Assembly: GCA_043228905.1 (NCBI GenBank)
Contig: JBHGNT010000021.1
Coordinates: 12,214,001 to 12,278,000 of the forward strand
Direction of reading: 5' to 3'
DNA length: 64,000 nucleotides
Origin: Azolla caroliniana
Taxonomy: Eukaryota; Plantae; Polypodiophyta
Below the pieces are notes generated by a model that did not search any database, was not told where the DNA came from, and saw only the letters and a program-made list of their open reading frames with translations. The position numbers and the translations under genes were made by a program. Shown here piece after piece: positions 35,820 through 46,500 of the stretch (positions are counted from its first letter, which is position 1; each line of letters starts with the position of its first letter).

Positions 35820-37106
35820 TGATGGCAAAGTTCAACAGCAGTTGCCGAACGAGTTCAGCAAGCTCTCCGACTTGCCAACTGGAGATTAGCATGTCGTCCA
35901 CTTAGATTATGAGGAAGATGGGTGACCCATCTCGAGTTGTTTTCGTGAAGAGACAGTGGTCCTCATCGCTCTTCGAGAAGCCAACCGACTGAATGAAGTC
36001 ATCGAACATCTTATACCATTGTCATGGTGCCTATTTCAGGCCGTAAAGACTCTTCCTGAGTCGACTGACTATACGTTCTTGGTTGGGTGCGACGAAGCCT
36101 TTTGGCTGCTCCATATAAATTTCCTCCTCTAGATCACCATGGAGGAATGTCGTTTTGACATCTATCTGAATCAGCTCTAAATTCTCGGCTGCCACGACGC
36201 CGAGCATAAAGCGGAGGGTTGTCATTTTCACCACTAGTGAAAAACTTTCGTCGAAATTGACGCCATATTCCTGTTGAAACCCTTTCGCAACTAATCTAGC
36301 CTTGAATCGGACGTCTCTTTAATTCTATAGACCCATTTGCACAGAAGAGCACGTCGATTTTTTGGTAGTTCGACCAAGTCCCAAGTTTGGTTTGCTCGAA
36401 TGGAGTTCATCTCGGACTCCATTGCCAAATGCCAGGTGGCCGAACCGGCAAATGACGATGCTTCTTCATATGTCGTCAGTTCTCCGACATCTGTAAAGAA
36501 GATGCCAGGAGAGTATATCTCCGGGGGCAGCAACAGTCTCTCGGATCTTCGAGGTATGACGGGACTAGTCGCATCGGGTGTCGAAGTCGGATGGTTAAAA
36601 GCCGAAACATTCAGTTGTGTCGAGTCAGTACTAGAGATGTCGGCTACCCGTGAAGCCGATCTTGTGTTGTGTGTTGGGTCTTCGTGAAGGGTTGGCACAT
36701 CCGAAAAAATTACCCTTTGGACTTCGATCGGCTTTTCACCCGATTGATGCATGGCTGACTCATTGAACACTACGTCCGAACTTTGGACGATCTGTTTGTG
36801 CTCGGGGTCCTAGAGTCGGTAGCCGATTTCGCATCTTGTCCATAACCAAGGAAAATGCATTTCCTGGACCTTGGTGCAAGTTTGCGGCAATCGTCTTTCA
36901 ACTTGTCGTAATTCGGCTTGTTGTCGTTCCATAGTTCCTAAGGTATCCGAAGTCCTAGAGGCCTACTAGGCGACATATTTATTATGTGTATTGTCGTAAG
37001 TAGTGCCTCTGCCTAGAAGCCGGGGTACCAGTCGAAGCGGACACCGGATATTGTATGAAGCGGACATCAACTGAAAGGAGTTGACGAAGTTGAGCTTGAG
37101 GGGGCG

Positions 37107-37496
37107 TGTTGAGAATCAAGCTCAACCCAGCCTTGTGTGTGAACACACCCTTTGAGAATCTATGAGCACTCAAAGGTAAAAGGTCACACCACTACTCTCT
37201 ATACATTATGCGTCATAGAATCATATTTTATGACACATGACTAATGAGTCTCCACATTCCCCAAGAGAGAGTGGTTGTTGTAGTGAGTTAATGAGAGAGA
37301 GGGTGACCTTATATAAAGCACCCTACTCCTACTTTATAGAGTGTCGGTTAATCTCCTTTGTAATATACAATTTTCTTGAGTATTCTATTTTCCACTCTAT
37401 CTATCTTGTGTCTCTCCCCTCTCCTCTTCTAAAACACACACACAACACACATCTCTAACCTATTCTGTTTCACAGAATCACCATTGATTCTTTACA
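37107..37496 (+). repeat. Copia 3' LTR with PPT, same family as 55343-60000
   Basis: TTGAGGGGGCG then TGTTGAGAATCAAGCTCAACC ... ATTCTTTACA; reverse complement resembles 55343-55813. Confidence 0.8.
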
Positions 37497-37529
37497 ATTA
37501 CTTTAAGAAATTCTCGGTTAGAGCTTAAT

Positions 37530-37840
37530 ATGGAACAAATACAATAAACACTTCATCTTCGAAAGGAACCTTCCACATTGCAAACAAACTACTCTACTAT
37601 AATGGAAAGGTTAATTGTGTTCTCAATTTATCTTAGGTGAAAAAGATCATCTTTTTTAATATTATGAGGTACCCTCAACATGGCAAATTAGGATACATTG
37701 TACACTTGTTCTTATCTCTACTCAAATCTTTTTGGCCTAAAATGCATCTTGAGATAGAAGATTATGTGATTAAATGTCACCAATGTCACGATAACAAGGC
37801 TCAACAACTTAAGTTTGCAGGTGTTTTACATAATCTCTAA
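37530..37840 (+). pseudogene. Gypsy integrase Zn-finger remnant
   Basis: HGKLG...FWPKMHLEIEDYVIKCHQC; resembles the 11900-12200 region of the minus-strand chromovirus. Confidence 0.6.
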
Positions 37841-38363
37841 AAGTTTGGTCTGCAACTCATTATGCACATTGTGTTGTTTAGGTTATAGAAGGAAGGAACT
37901 ACAATACAACCATAAAGTTTTCAATTCGCTTCTTACATATTCCCTTGAAGAGAGCATCCTAACTTAATAAACCCAACTATGTTGAGTGAGACTACCAAGC
38001 GTTAGAGATCTCTAAACTCTAAAACATGACATTTCATAACATAACTTGACTTTGGAGATGTTAGTGGTGTTCATGTCATAATGTACAATTAATATAGTAC
38101 ATTTAATAATGAGTTAAAATAATTTTGCATGTCTTTCCAAGACTCCAATTAAGTGGCACCACATCCGAGTCATCCATGCACTTGGTACCATTCCAAGTCG
38201 GCAAGAGAGTATTGTCCATTAAGTGTGTTTTTTTCCAAAAAATGAGCTACTTTCCAATTAGTTAGGAGAGATTTTTACAGAAAGACAATACAAGATGGCT
38301 TATATATAAATTGGGGAATCACCCCCCGGCCAAGTTCAAGAATATGAGACTACGTAATGTCAT

Positions 38364-38430
38364 GAGATGGCAAGACTCGAACCCATGACCTTATGGTATA
38401 TGGGTCGAGCTCTTAACCATCTCACCATCT
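38364..38430 (-). other. tRNA-like Pol III A/B-box cassette at the start of the LTR (also at 43600-43666)
   Basis: Minus strand reads TGGTGAGATGGTTAAGAG (A-box-like) ... AGGTCATGGGTTCGAGTC (B-box), with tRNA-like spacing. Confidence 0.6.
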
Positions 38431-38855
38431 ATTGTAATTCATAGAATATTATTTTCATTTATGTTTTATTATAAGAAAGTAATGTATATTCCAGATTTCT
38501 CTGGAACATTCTAGAAGCTTCAGGATTATTCCTGAGAACACTATAAAAGAAGGCACTAAGCATTATGTTGAACCAAATTGGTTCAACACCAGTCTTAAGC
38601 CTCTTAGTCGATTTGTACTTATCTTTCATATAATATAAGAGCTGCTGTCATCATCCTATTTCCCTCTCTCTCTCCTCTTCTCACTTCCTCTCTCTCGGGA
38701 ATCTTACGCAGTCCCGTCCTCTTAGTACTAATAGTACTACTCTTCTTAGTACTAATTCCATCTCTGTTTTAGTACTATTCCTGACAGTTTGAACCAATTT
38801 TTTCCTCTAGCCTACTTGTCACTCTCCCTCATCTTCCTACCCTTTCCCCTATACT

Positions 38856-40013
38856 ATGGCTACTGTTAGCGCCCAAGAATACCAATCCGTTTTCTCCGAG
38901 CTACAGTGCCTAAAAGAAAAGTTTGTTGCCTTGGAACAAGAAAACCAACGACTGATAGGGGATCTGCAACAAATCGCTCTAGAAAAACAACAAACGCAAC
39001 AACAACATGGGGAGTTAGCGTTACGGGTACAACAACTCGAAGCAGCGTTGCAACAACAAGGATCCAGTCCCCAAGGATTTCATAAAGAGCCCAAGATTGG
39101 ACTTCCTGTGAAATTTGATGGAACGCGTTCGCAATTTCGGGGATTCCTTAATCAGGTACGCTTAGTCATCCAGATGCATCCTTCCCGATATCCCACTGAT
39201 GCATCTCGAGTCGGCCTAATAGGCACGCTACTTAGCGGCTCAGCCTTGGCATGGTTCGCTCCGCTTCTAGAAAAACAATCGCCCTTGCTTAATAACTTTG
39301 AAGATTTTATTGGGGAGTTTAAAGCCTGCTTTGGAGACACCGACAGCATCAGGACGGCGATCAACAAGATCCGGCGATTGCGTCAAGGCGATCGTCCAGC
39401 CTCTGCCTACGCGGCGGATTTCCGCCTACTTGCTTCAGATATACCCTGGGATGATCAAGCACTAATGGAGCAGTTTCGCTATGGCTTGCGAAACGATGTC
39501 AAAGATCTACTTCTAACTTTCCCCGAAGAACCAAAGTCTCTTACGGAGGCAATCAGTCGAGCAGTTCGATGTGACAACCGCCTTTTTGAACGGCGTTCAG
39601 AACGTCAATTACAGATACCACGCTCTAGGCCAGAGCCCACTTACGCCGCAGTCGCGGCTAAACCGTTTGCACGAGACATACCTCAAGCAAATACTTCGAC
39701 ACCGATGGAGATCGATACCATGCGTCGACGCGGCCCGTTATCGGAAGAAGAAAAGCAACGACGACGTGCCAATCGATTATGCCTTTATTGCGGTGGACCA
39801 GGACATATCGCCATCAATTGTCCCCATAGGCCAAGAAGACAGGTAAATCAAATTGTCGCCTGTACTAAACCTGAGTCAATTCTTCCCTTCGGAGTGTCTG
39901 ATAGTAGTAATAGTACTAATAGAGTGTCAGATAGTATTCATAGTACTAATAGCCCAAGTATCTCAAATAAATGTGAAATCCTTAGTCAATTAGATGAAGA
40001 GTTAAACGATTGA
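38856..40013 (+). CDS. gag: Retrotransposon Gag
   Basis: 385 aa; PVKFDGTRSQFRGFL, LRQG, PMEID, Zn knuckle CLYCGGPGHIAINC. Confidence 0.95.
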   Translation: MATVSAQEYQSVFSELQCLKEKFVALEQENQRLIGDLQQIALEKQQTQQQHGELALRVQQLEAALQQQGSSPQGFHKEPKIGLPVKFDGTRSQFRGFLNQVRLVIQMHPSRYPTDASRVGLIGTLLSGSALAWFAPLLEKQSPLLNNFEDFIGEFKACFGDTDSIRTAINKIRRLRQGDRPASAYAADFRLLASDIPWDDQALMEQFRYGLRNDVKDLLLTFPEEPKSLTEAISRAVRCDNRLFERRSERQLQIPRSRPEPTYAAVAAKPFARDIPQANTSTPMEIDTMRRRGPLSEEEKQRRRANRLCLYCGGPGHIAINCPHRPRRQVNQIVACTKPESILPFGVSDSSNSTNRVSDSIHSTNSPSISNKCEILSQLDEELND

Positions 40014-40056
40014 GTCCAGCCAAAATAGGAGCCATTTGGTTGGACAGCAGCCCTAG
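40001..40056 (+). promoter_or_regulatory. Putative -1 ribosomal frameshift signal
   Basis: Heptamer G TTA AAC at 40001-40007, 6-nt spacer, stem GTCCAGCCAAA (40014-40024) / TTTGGTTGGAC (40035-40045). Confidence 0.7.
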
Positions 40057-43000
40057 ATCTGTACAGCCCATTAGTGGTTCCATTCCTTCCAAGCAAGTTA
40101 GCAATGTGTTCCTAGCCCAAGTCATTGTTAGTACTAAAAGTACTCCCCCAGTACCCGTCCTAGCACTTTTAGATTCTGGAGCTAATTCCTGTTTCATGGA
40201 TCGAAATTTTGCCCAAGCTTCTCAGATATCCTTAAGAAAACTTCCTTGTCCCGCATCTGTAGTGGTCATTGATGGTCGTCCCATTGCTTCCGGGAATATT
40301 GTAGAAGAATCAGAACCCATTCAAGTTGTCCTAGGTAGTTTTGTGTGTATAATATCATTTAATATAATTAGTAGTCCAGAGCATCCCATTGTCCTAGGAT
40401 TACCTTGGCTTGAGTTACATAATCCAGCCATAGATTGGAGAACAAGAGAAGTCCGATATCGACCACCCCAAGAATCAACTCGCCGAGTTTCGACCATTTC
40501 ACTCCATCAACTACGCGAAGAAGGACCCAAGGAGGCAATGTTCCTATTTTCCATATCAGTACATCCTTCCAGCACTATTAAGAAGGACTCCTCAGTACAA
40601 CTTCCGGCAAAATATCATCCTTATGCCGATGTATTTGACAAGGTAAAAGCCGGTACCCTTCCTCATCACCGTCCCTATGACTGTCCCATCGATTTACAAC
40701 CAGGAACCGAGCCACCATGGGGACCAATTTACAACCTGTCACCCACCGAGTTAGAAGTCCTTCGAGCCTACATAGAGGAGAACTTGGCAAGCGGGTTCAT
40801 CCGTCATTCGAAATCTCCGGCCGGTGCACCCATCTTCTTTGTCAAGAAGAAAGATGGCTCACTTCGTCTTGTCGTTGATTACCGCGGATTAAATAAAGTC
40901 ACCATCCGGAATAGGTATGCACTTCCTCTTATATCAAGTCTTTTAGAGCGAGTTAATGGTGCCAAGTTTTTTACTAAAATCGACCTACGCGGAGCGTATA
41001 ATCTCGTGCGGATCCGACCGGGAGATGAGTGGAAGACCGCTTTTCGCACGCGGTATGGGCATTTTGAGTATACTGTTATGCCGTTTGGCCTAACCAATGC
41101 ACCCGCAGTCTTCCAACACATGGCAAATGATATATTCAGAGACCTCTTGGATATCTGTTTGATCATTTATCTGGATGATCTGTTGATTTATTCGAAGACC
41201 CAGGAAGAGCACGACTCTCATGTACTATTAGTACTAAAGCGACTCCGCGAGAATGGTCTTTATGCCAAGCTAGAAAAATGTAGCTTTGACTGCAAGCAAG
41301 TGGAATTTCTAGGCTACGTCATCTCCTCAAAGGGCATCGCCATGGATCCAGCTAAGATCCAAACTGTACTAGAGTGGCAAATTCCACGGTCGGTACGAGA
41401 TGTACAATGTTTTCTAGGTTTTGCTAACTTCTACCGTAAGTTTATACAGGATTACTCGAAGATTATTTTACCTCTCACACAACTTACGAAGAAGGGCCAA
41501 GCATTTCTTTGGTCCATTGAAGCAGATATGGCTTTTCGGCATCTTAAGAAAGCCTTTACATCAGCACCGATTCTAGCTCATGTGGATACAAGCAAACCAT
41601 TCATCATGGAGGCCGACGCATCAGATTTCGCCCTCGGTAGCATCCTTTCTCAACAAGGTGATAAAGAAGAGTTGCATCCGGTGGCTTTCCATTCGCGCAA
41701 ATTCGATGTCGCAGAAATCAACTACGAAATACATGACAAGGAGTTATTAGCCATCGTGGATTCATTTGTACAATGGCGGCATTTCTTAGAGGGCTCTCCA
41801 CATCAGGTCATTGTCTTCAGCGATCATAAAAATCTTGCTTATTTTCAGAACGCTCGCGTACTAAATCGACGGCAAGCTCGGTGGGCGCAATTCCTCACGC
41901 GTTTCGACTTCAAAATCACATATCGACCGGGGAAGCAGCAAGGAAAAGCAGATGCACTATCACGACGTTCATATCTTGCACCTCGTCCTGGTGAAGCAAC
42001 ATTTGATAATCAAAAGCAAGTAATCTTGGGTCCAACACGATTGCACACGACGCGGATTTTTCACACCCCGATGGATTCACGGATTACCGATGACATACGT
42101 GCAACCTTGAAGACGGATAGTTTTGCTCAAGACATCCTGGCGCACATTGATACTTCTCGGGCATCCTGTTCTCAGTCTCAACAACCAGGTATTGACTACC
42201 GACAATTCGAATATCATGATGGTTTGTTATTCTTTAAAAAGCGCGTATATGTCCCCGATTGCTCCTGTCGCCTTCAAATTGTCCAACATTGTCACGACAC
42301 CCATACGGCGGGACATTTCGGTAGTACTAAGACGTTGGAGCTAGTGCAGCGATCTTTTTGGTGGCCCCACATGCGCCGTTTTGTCGACGACTACGTTCGG
42401 ACCTGTGATGCTTGCTGCCGAGCAAAGATGCCACGACACCATCCATATGGCTTGTTGGAACCTTTACCAATTCCAAGTAAGCCATGGCAGTCTATTTGTC
42501 TTGATTTTATCACAGATCTGCCGGTCTCGAAAGGGTTCGATGCTATCCTAACCGTCGTCGATCGATATACGAAGATGGCACATTTTGTGCCATGTACTAA
42601 AGCCATCACTAGCGAGGAAACCGCCGCTCTTGTTATGCGTGAGGTTTTTCGGCATCATGGCCTCCCAGACAGTATTATCAGTGACCGAGGCCCGCAATTT
42701 GTCTCCAAATTTTGGCAGCATCTCTTCAAGATGCTCAAGGTCTCCTGCAACCTCTCCTCCGGCTACCATCCTCAAACCGACGGACAGGCGGAACGAACAA
42801 ACCAAACGCTGGAGCAATATCTCCGATGTTTCCTGAGTTATCAACAGGACGATTGGGCCGAGATTCTCCACTTTGCGGAGTTTGCGTATAATAATGCTAT
42901 TCACTCCTCGACTCGGGTCTCCCCATTTTTCGCTTATACCGGTTTCCATCCTCGCTGGTCGGTGATCGACACTCCGGAGCTACCTACCAACCCTCGTGCC

Positions 43001-43582
43001 GAGGATCATTTGGAGAGGCTACGCAAGATCCAGATGGATCTCTCTACTCACCTTCGTCATGCTCAACACACACAGAAGACTTATGCGGATCGTCATCGGA
43101 TTCCCTCCTCTTTTGCCATCGGAGATCGAGTATGGCTCTTACGTCGTCACATCAAGACTACTCGACCGTGCGACAAGTTGGATTATCGACGACTCGGTCC
43201 TTTCCGTATTACGGGGAAGATTAATGATGTCACCTTCCGCCTTGATCTCCCTCCGCAGCTTCAGATACATCCGGTTTTCCATTGTTCTCTTCTTGAACCT
43301 TATAAAGCAAACACCATTCCCGATCGTGTGACACCACCGCCGCCCCCACTGGAGTTGGACGCCGGCCCGGAGTATGAAGTTGCTGCCATCCTCGATTCCA
43401 AACTTGTTCGCAACAAACTCTATTACTTGGTCGATTGGCTCGGTTATAGTCCGAGCGAACGTACTTGGGAACCCGTCGAGAATGTTGCCAATGCACAAGA
43501 TCTTCTTGCTGATTTCCACCGAAAGTATCCGGACAAACCCGGTCCGCAAGTAGCGCTGACTCGTTCCACTCGTCGTCTTTAA
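40010..43582 (+). CDS. pol: Retrotransposon Pol (PR-RT-RNase H-IN-chromodomain), -1 frame relative to gag
   Basis: LLDSGA, YLDD, EADASDFALG, HDTHTAGH...CDAC, DFITDLP, SDRGPQF, GPF, chromodomain YEVAAILD...YLVDWLGY...TWEP. Confidence 0.97.
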   Translation: MSPAKIGAIWLDSSPRSVQPISGSIPSKQVSNVFLAQVIVSTKSTPPVPVLALLDSGANSCFMDRNFAQASQISLRKLPCPASVVVIDGRPIASGNIVEESEPIQVVLGSFVCIISFNIISSPEHPIVLGLPWLELHNPAIDWRTREVRYRPPQESTRRVSTISLHQLREEGPKEAMFLFSISVHPSSTIKKDSSVQLPAKYHPYADVFDKVKAGTLPHHRPYDCPIDLQPGTEPPWGPIYNLSPTELEVLRAYIEENLASGFIRHSKSPAGAPIFFVKKKDGSLRLVVDYRGLNKVTIRNRYALPLISSLLERVNGAKFFTKIDLRGAYNLVRIRPGDEWKTAFRTRYGHFEYTVMPFGLTNAPAVFQHMANDIFRDLLDICLIIYLDDLLIYSKTQEEHDSHVLLVLKRLRENGLYAKLEKCSFDCKQVEFLGYVISSKGIAMDPAKIQTVLEWQIPRSVRDVQCFLGFANFYRKFIQDYSKIILPLTQLTKKGQAFLWSIEADMAFRHLKKAFTSAPILAHVDTSKPFIMEADASDFALGSILSQQGDKEELHPVAFHSRKFDVAEINYEIHDKELLAIVDSFVQWRHFLEGSPHQVIVFSDHKNLAYFQNARVLNRRQARWAQFLTRFDFKITYRPGKQQGKADALSRRSYLAPRPGEATFDNQKQVILGPTRLHTTRIFHTPMDSRITDDIRATLKTDSFAQDILAHIDTSRASCSQSQQPGIDYRQFEYHDGLLFFKKRVYVPDCSCRLQIVQHCHDTHTAGHFGSTKTLELVQRSFWWPHMRRFVDDYVRTCDACCRAKMPRHHPYGLLEPLPIPSKPWQSICLDFITDLPVSKGFDAILTVVDRYTKMAHFVPCTKAITSEETAALVMREVFRHHGLPDSIISDRGPQFVSKFWQHLFKMLKVSCNLSSGYHPQTDGQAERTNQTLEQYLRCFLSYQQDDWAEILHFAEFAYNNAIHSSTRVSPFFAYTGFHPRWSVIDTPELPTNPRAEDHLERLRKIQMDLSTHLRHAQHTQKTYADRHRIPSSFAIGDRVWLLRRHIKTTRPCDKLDYRRLGPFRITGKINDVTFRLDLPPQLQIHPVFHCSLLEPYKANTIPDRVTPPPPPLELDAGPEYEVAAILDSKLVRNKLYYLVDWLGYSPSERTWEPVENVANAQDLLADFHRKYPDKPGPQVALTRSTRRL

Positions 43583-46500
43583 GGGGGAGATAGTGTCATG
43601 AGATGGCAAGACTCGAACCCATGACCTTATGGTATATGGGTCGAGCTCTTAACCATCTCACCATCTATTGTAATTCATAGAATATTATTTTCATTTATGT
43701 TTTATTATAAGAAAGTAATGTATATTCCAGATTTCTCTGGAACATTCTAGAAGCTTCAGGATTATTCCTGAGAACACTATAAAAGAAGGCACTAAGCATT
43801 ATGTTGAACCAAATTGGTTCAACACCAGTCTTAAGCCTCTTAGTCGATTTGTACTTATCTTTCATATAATATAAGAGCTGCTGTCATCATCCTATTTCCC
43901 TCTCTCTCTCCTCTTCTCACTTCCTCTCTCTCGGGAATCTTACGCAGTCCCGTCCTCTTAGTACTAATAGTACTACTCTTCTTAGTACTAATTCCATCTC
44001 TGTTTTAGTACTATTCCTGACACGTAATGTCCATTAAGTGTTCAACAATTGACACATTGTTTGGGCAAGATGATTGCCCTACAATGGGCTCTACGAAATT
44101 TAAGTTAGTGTACCTATATGAATTTTATTTCATATTTTATATCATATTTAAAAGTTAATATGGTATAATTTCATTTTTCTTTCTTTCTTAAGAAACTTGG
44201 TGTTGTCGTTTACGGATTTGATCTTGTCCACTTCTTTTTCATGCATACTAGGGATCATTGTCCCTTGAAAGGGTTGCTTTATCACAATCAATATCAAATT
44301 CAAATGATTGTCAATCATCTTGCCATTTGTTGCAAGCTTGATGAGAATCTCAATATTATTCGCAAGGCTAGGTGGGACTCATAAGAGGATACAAGTTTCA
44401 AACCCTCCAAAACTCTTTGAAACACACATTAGAAATTGTTAATATGAGTTATGAACTCTTTGGATTGACCACTTTATTCTTTAATGTTCCATAATTTAGT
44501 TGATCTTATATTTTTCATACTATTAAAATTTCACATTGGCCCAGTTTTGGTTTATAAGTTGATAAAAAGTATCACTAGAATAGACTTCCAATAACATATA
44601 GTTTATAGTTAATCTTAAAAAACATGGCAAATGTCTTTAATCCGATAGTAGATCTCACGTAGGATCAAAAAAGGACATCTCGATGCAATAGCTCTAAATG
44701 CAACCTATGCTAAAAAAAATCCATCAATGTTTACTTTCCACAACCCAAGGGTTGAAATGGTATTTTTTGGAAAAGAAGTTTATTTTTGAAAAGGGTTGAA
44801 ATGGTAACATTCCATTGAATAAAAGAAATGGCAAAAGATATAGAAGCAAATAAAGAATAAAGGACAAAAGCCCAACATAAGGAAGATTGAAGGTTTGAAA
44901 TCTACCAAAGAGATCATCCTTGCAAGCGCGACATTTTCTCCTCAAGGAATGGCTTTACAAATTTATCCACTTTCCATGACTCTGCAAATTACTCTCCATC
45001 CTAGCTTTACAAACTTATTTCATAGGTGATACTCAAAAGTGGTTTTACAAATGCACTTTAGTTCCCAACTTTACAAATTTAGTATAAATGGTCAAACAAG
45101 ATGGCATATATCATTAAAGAAAACCGCCTTACAAATTCACTTTCCGCAACAAAAAGGTTGAAAATGTTCATGTTACATTGAAAGGCAAGCATAATAGAAG
45201 GTGAGGGGAATAGATATTATAATCTATGGCGATGTTGATAAAGTAAAGAGAGGCTTACAACTTCAATTTCAATAATCTAAGAGTTGCATACTACAATTCT
45301 AAAATAAACAAATGGAAAACAAGACATTATGTATACACAAAGCACAATGTAACAATGTTGCCTTTGTCCATCATATACAGACTTTCACCAATAATTTGAC
45401 ACTTTATTGTTGATAGATTAGTGGACTTAAAAATGTTTGAGGAATGATAAAGCTTGTGTGTTTGTATAAGTTTGTATGCTTTTGCATCATATATAAATTT
45501 TGTAATAATAGTAGGTTGTGTAAAAGTTCCAATATCTACTTATGAAGTGATCATTTCATTTCACAATTTGCATTGTGAATAATGTGCCAATGTCAAATTT
45601 GGCAAGCTGCTTTTAGTATTGATGCTACTACCTTGCAACTTGAACCCACATTGTTACACAAGCTTTAACATTGTAGTATAGCACATGTACATATGTTTTA
45701 AATCCTAGAAATTGAATGAGGTGATCACACGAATCTGTATAAAGGCAATGCTTTTCAAGTTTTTCTTTAGAAGCACGTAATGTGTTGTCGCAAAAGTATA
45801 GGTCACATATCTATTTAATATTACTCCATGAAAGGCATCTTTCTTCAAGCTATGGTACAATGAACTTCTCCAATTACATTTTCATCTAGACTTTGCATGG
45901 AAAAACACGACATGATTGCATAGATTCGTTCACACACATATATTGAAAATGGAATACATCTAGTGATTTGGTATGGTGTATTCTCCTCTCATAAAAAGAA
46001 GGGAATCATTCCAAAATACCCCTTTGTTTCATTGTATTTGTAAAATTGGCATACCTTATCTAACTAATTGAAAAATGGTAAACGTAAAAATCTTAGTTAA
46101 GATTTTAAGCATTGCCAATTAAAAAGGTTAATTGTTTACTAAGTACTAATCCATTAAGTAATCTTTTGTTAATTGAGGTGCATTATTAAATTAGTCACTC
46201 GTTAATTAATTGGTGACACATTACTTAATTATCAATACATCACTAATTCAACATCATTATAATTAGGTACATGTTTTATTAGTGCTAAAATTTTAATTAT
46301 CAACATCACATTGATTCATTAGCACACTATTTTTTATTATTAGTGGGTTTTTTAGTCACCATTTCACTAAACTTAAGGGTTTGTTTGGGGCATTCGAGAA
46401 TTAATTAAGCAAAAGTGTAGCACTTTGGCATATTCACCAAAAAAGAATGTGATTTTAGATGTTTTGAGAAAAGAACATAGGTTGATGACAACGCGATATT

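Larger units (their letters stand above)
30188..36980 (-). mobile_element. Degenerate Ty1/copia element (IN tail, RT, RNase H, 3' LTR ~30188-30436) with two nested DNA elements
   Basis: QIDVKTTFLHGDLEEEIYMEQP, MKDLGSARHILG, GYTDSDF, WKSKLQ. Minus-strand PPT GGGGGAGTT then TGAATG at 30436. Confidence 0.85.
38358..44022 (+). mobile_element. Intact full-length Ty3/gypsy chromovirus (Tcn1- or Tf1/sushi-like)
   Basis: 429-bp LTRs 38358-38786 and 43594-44022 that look identical by eye, TG...CA ends, perfect 5-bp TSD CGTAA, PPT AAGGGGGAGATAG, uninterrupted gag and pol. Confidence 0.97.

Noticed and set aside
38364-38430. Functional tRNA gene
   Set aside because: Anticodon and T stems pair poorly and the sequence is part of both LTRs; kept only as a tRNA-like cassette.
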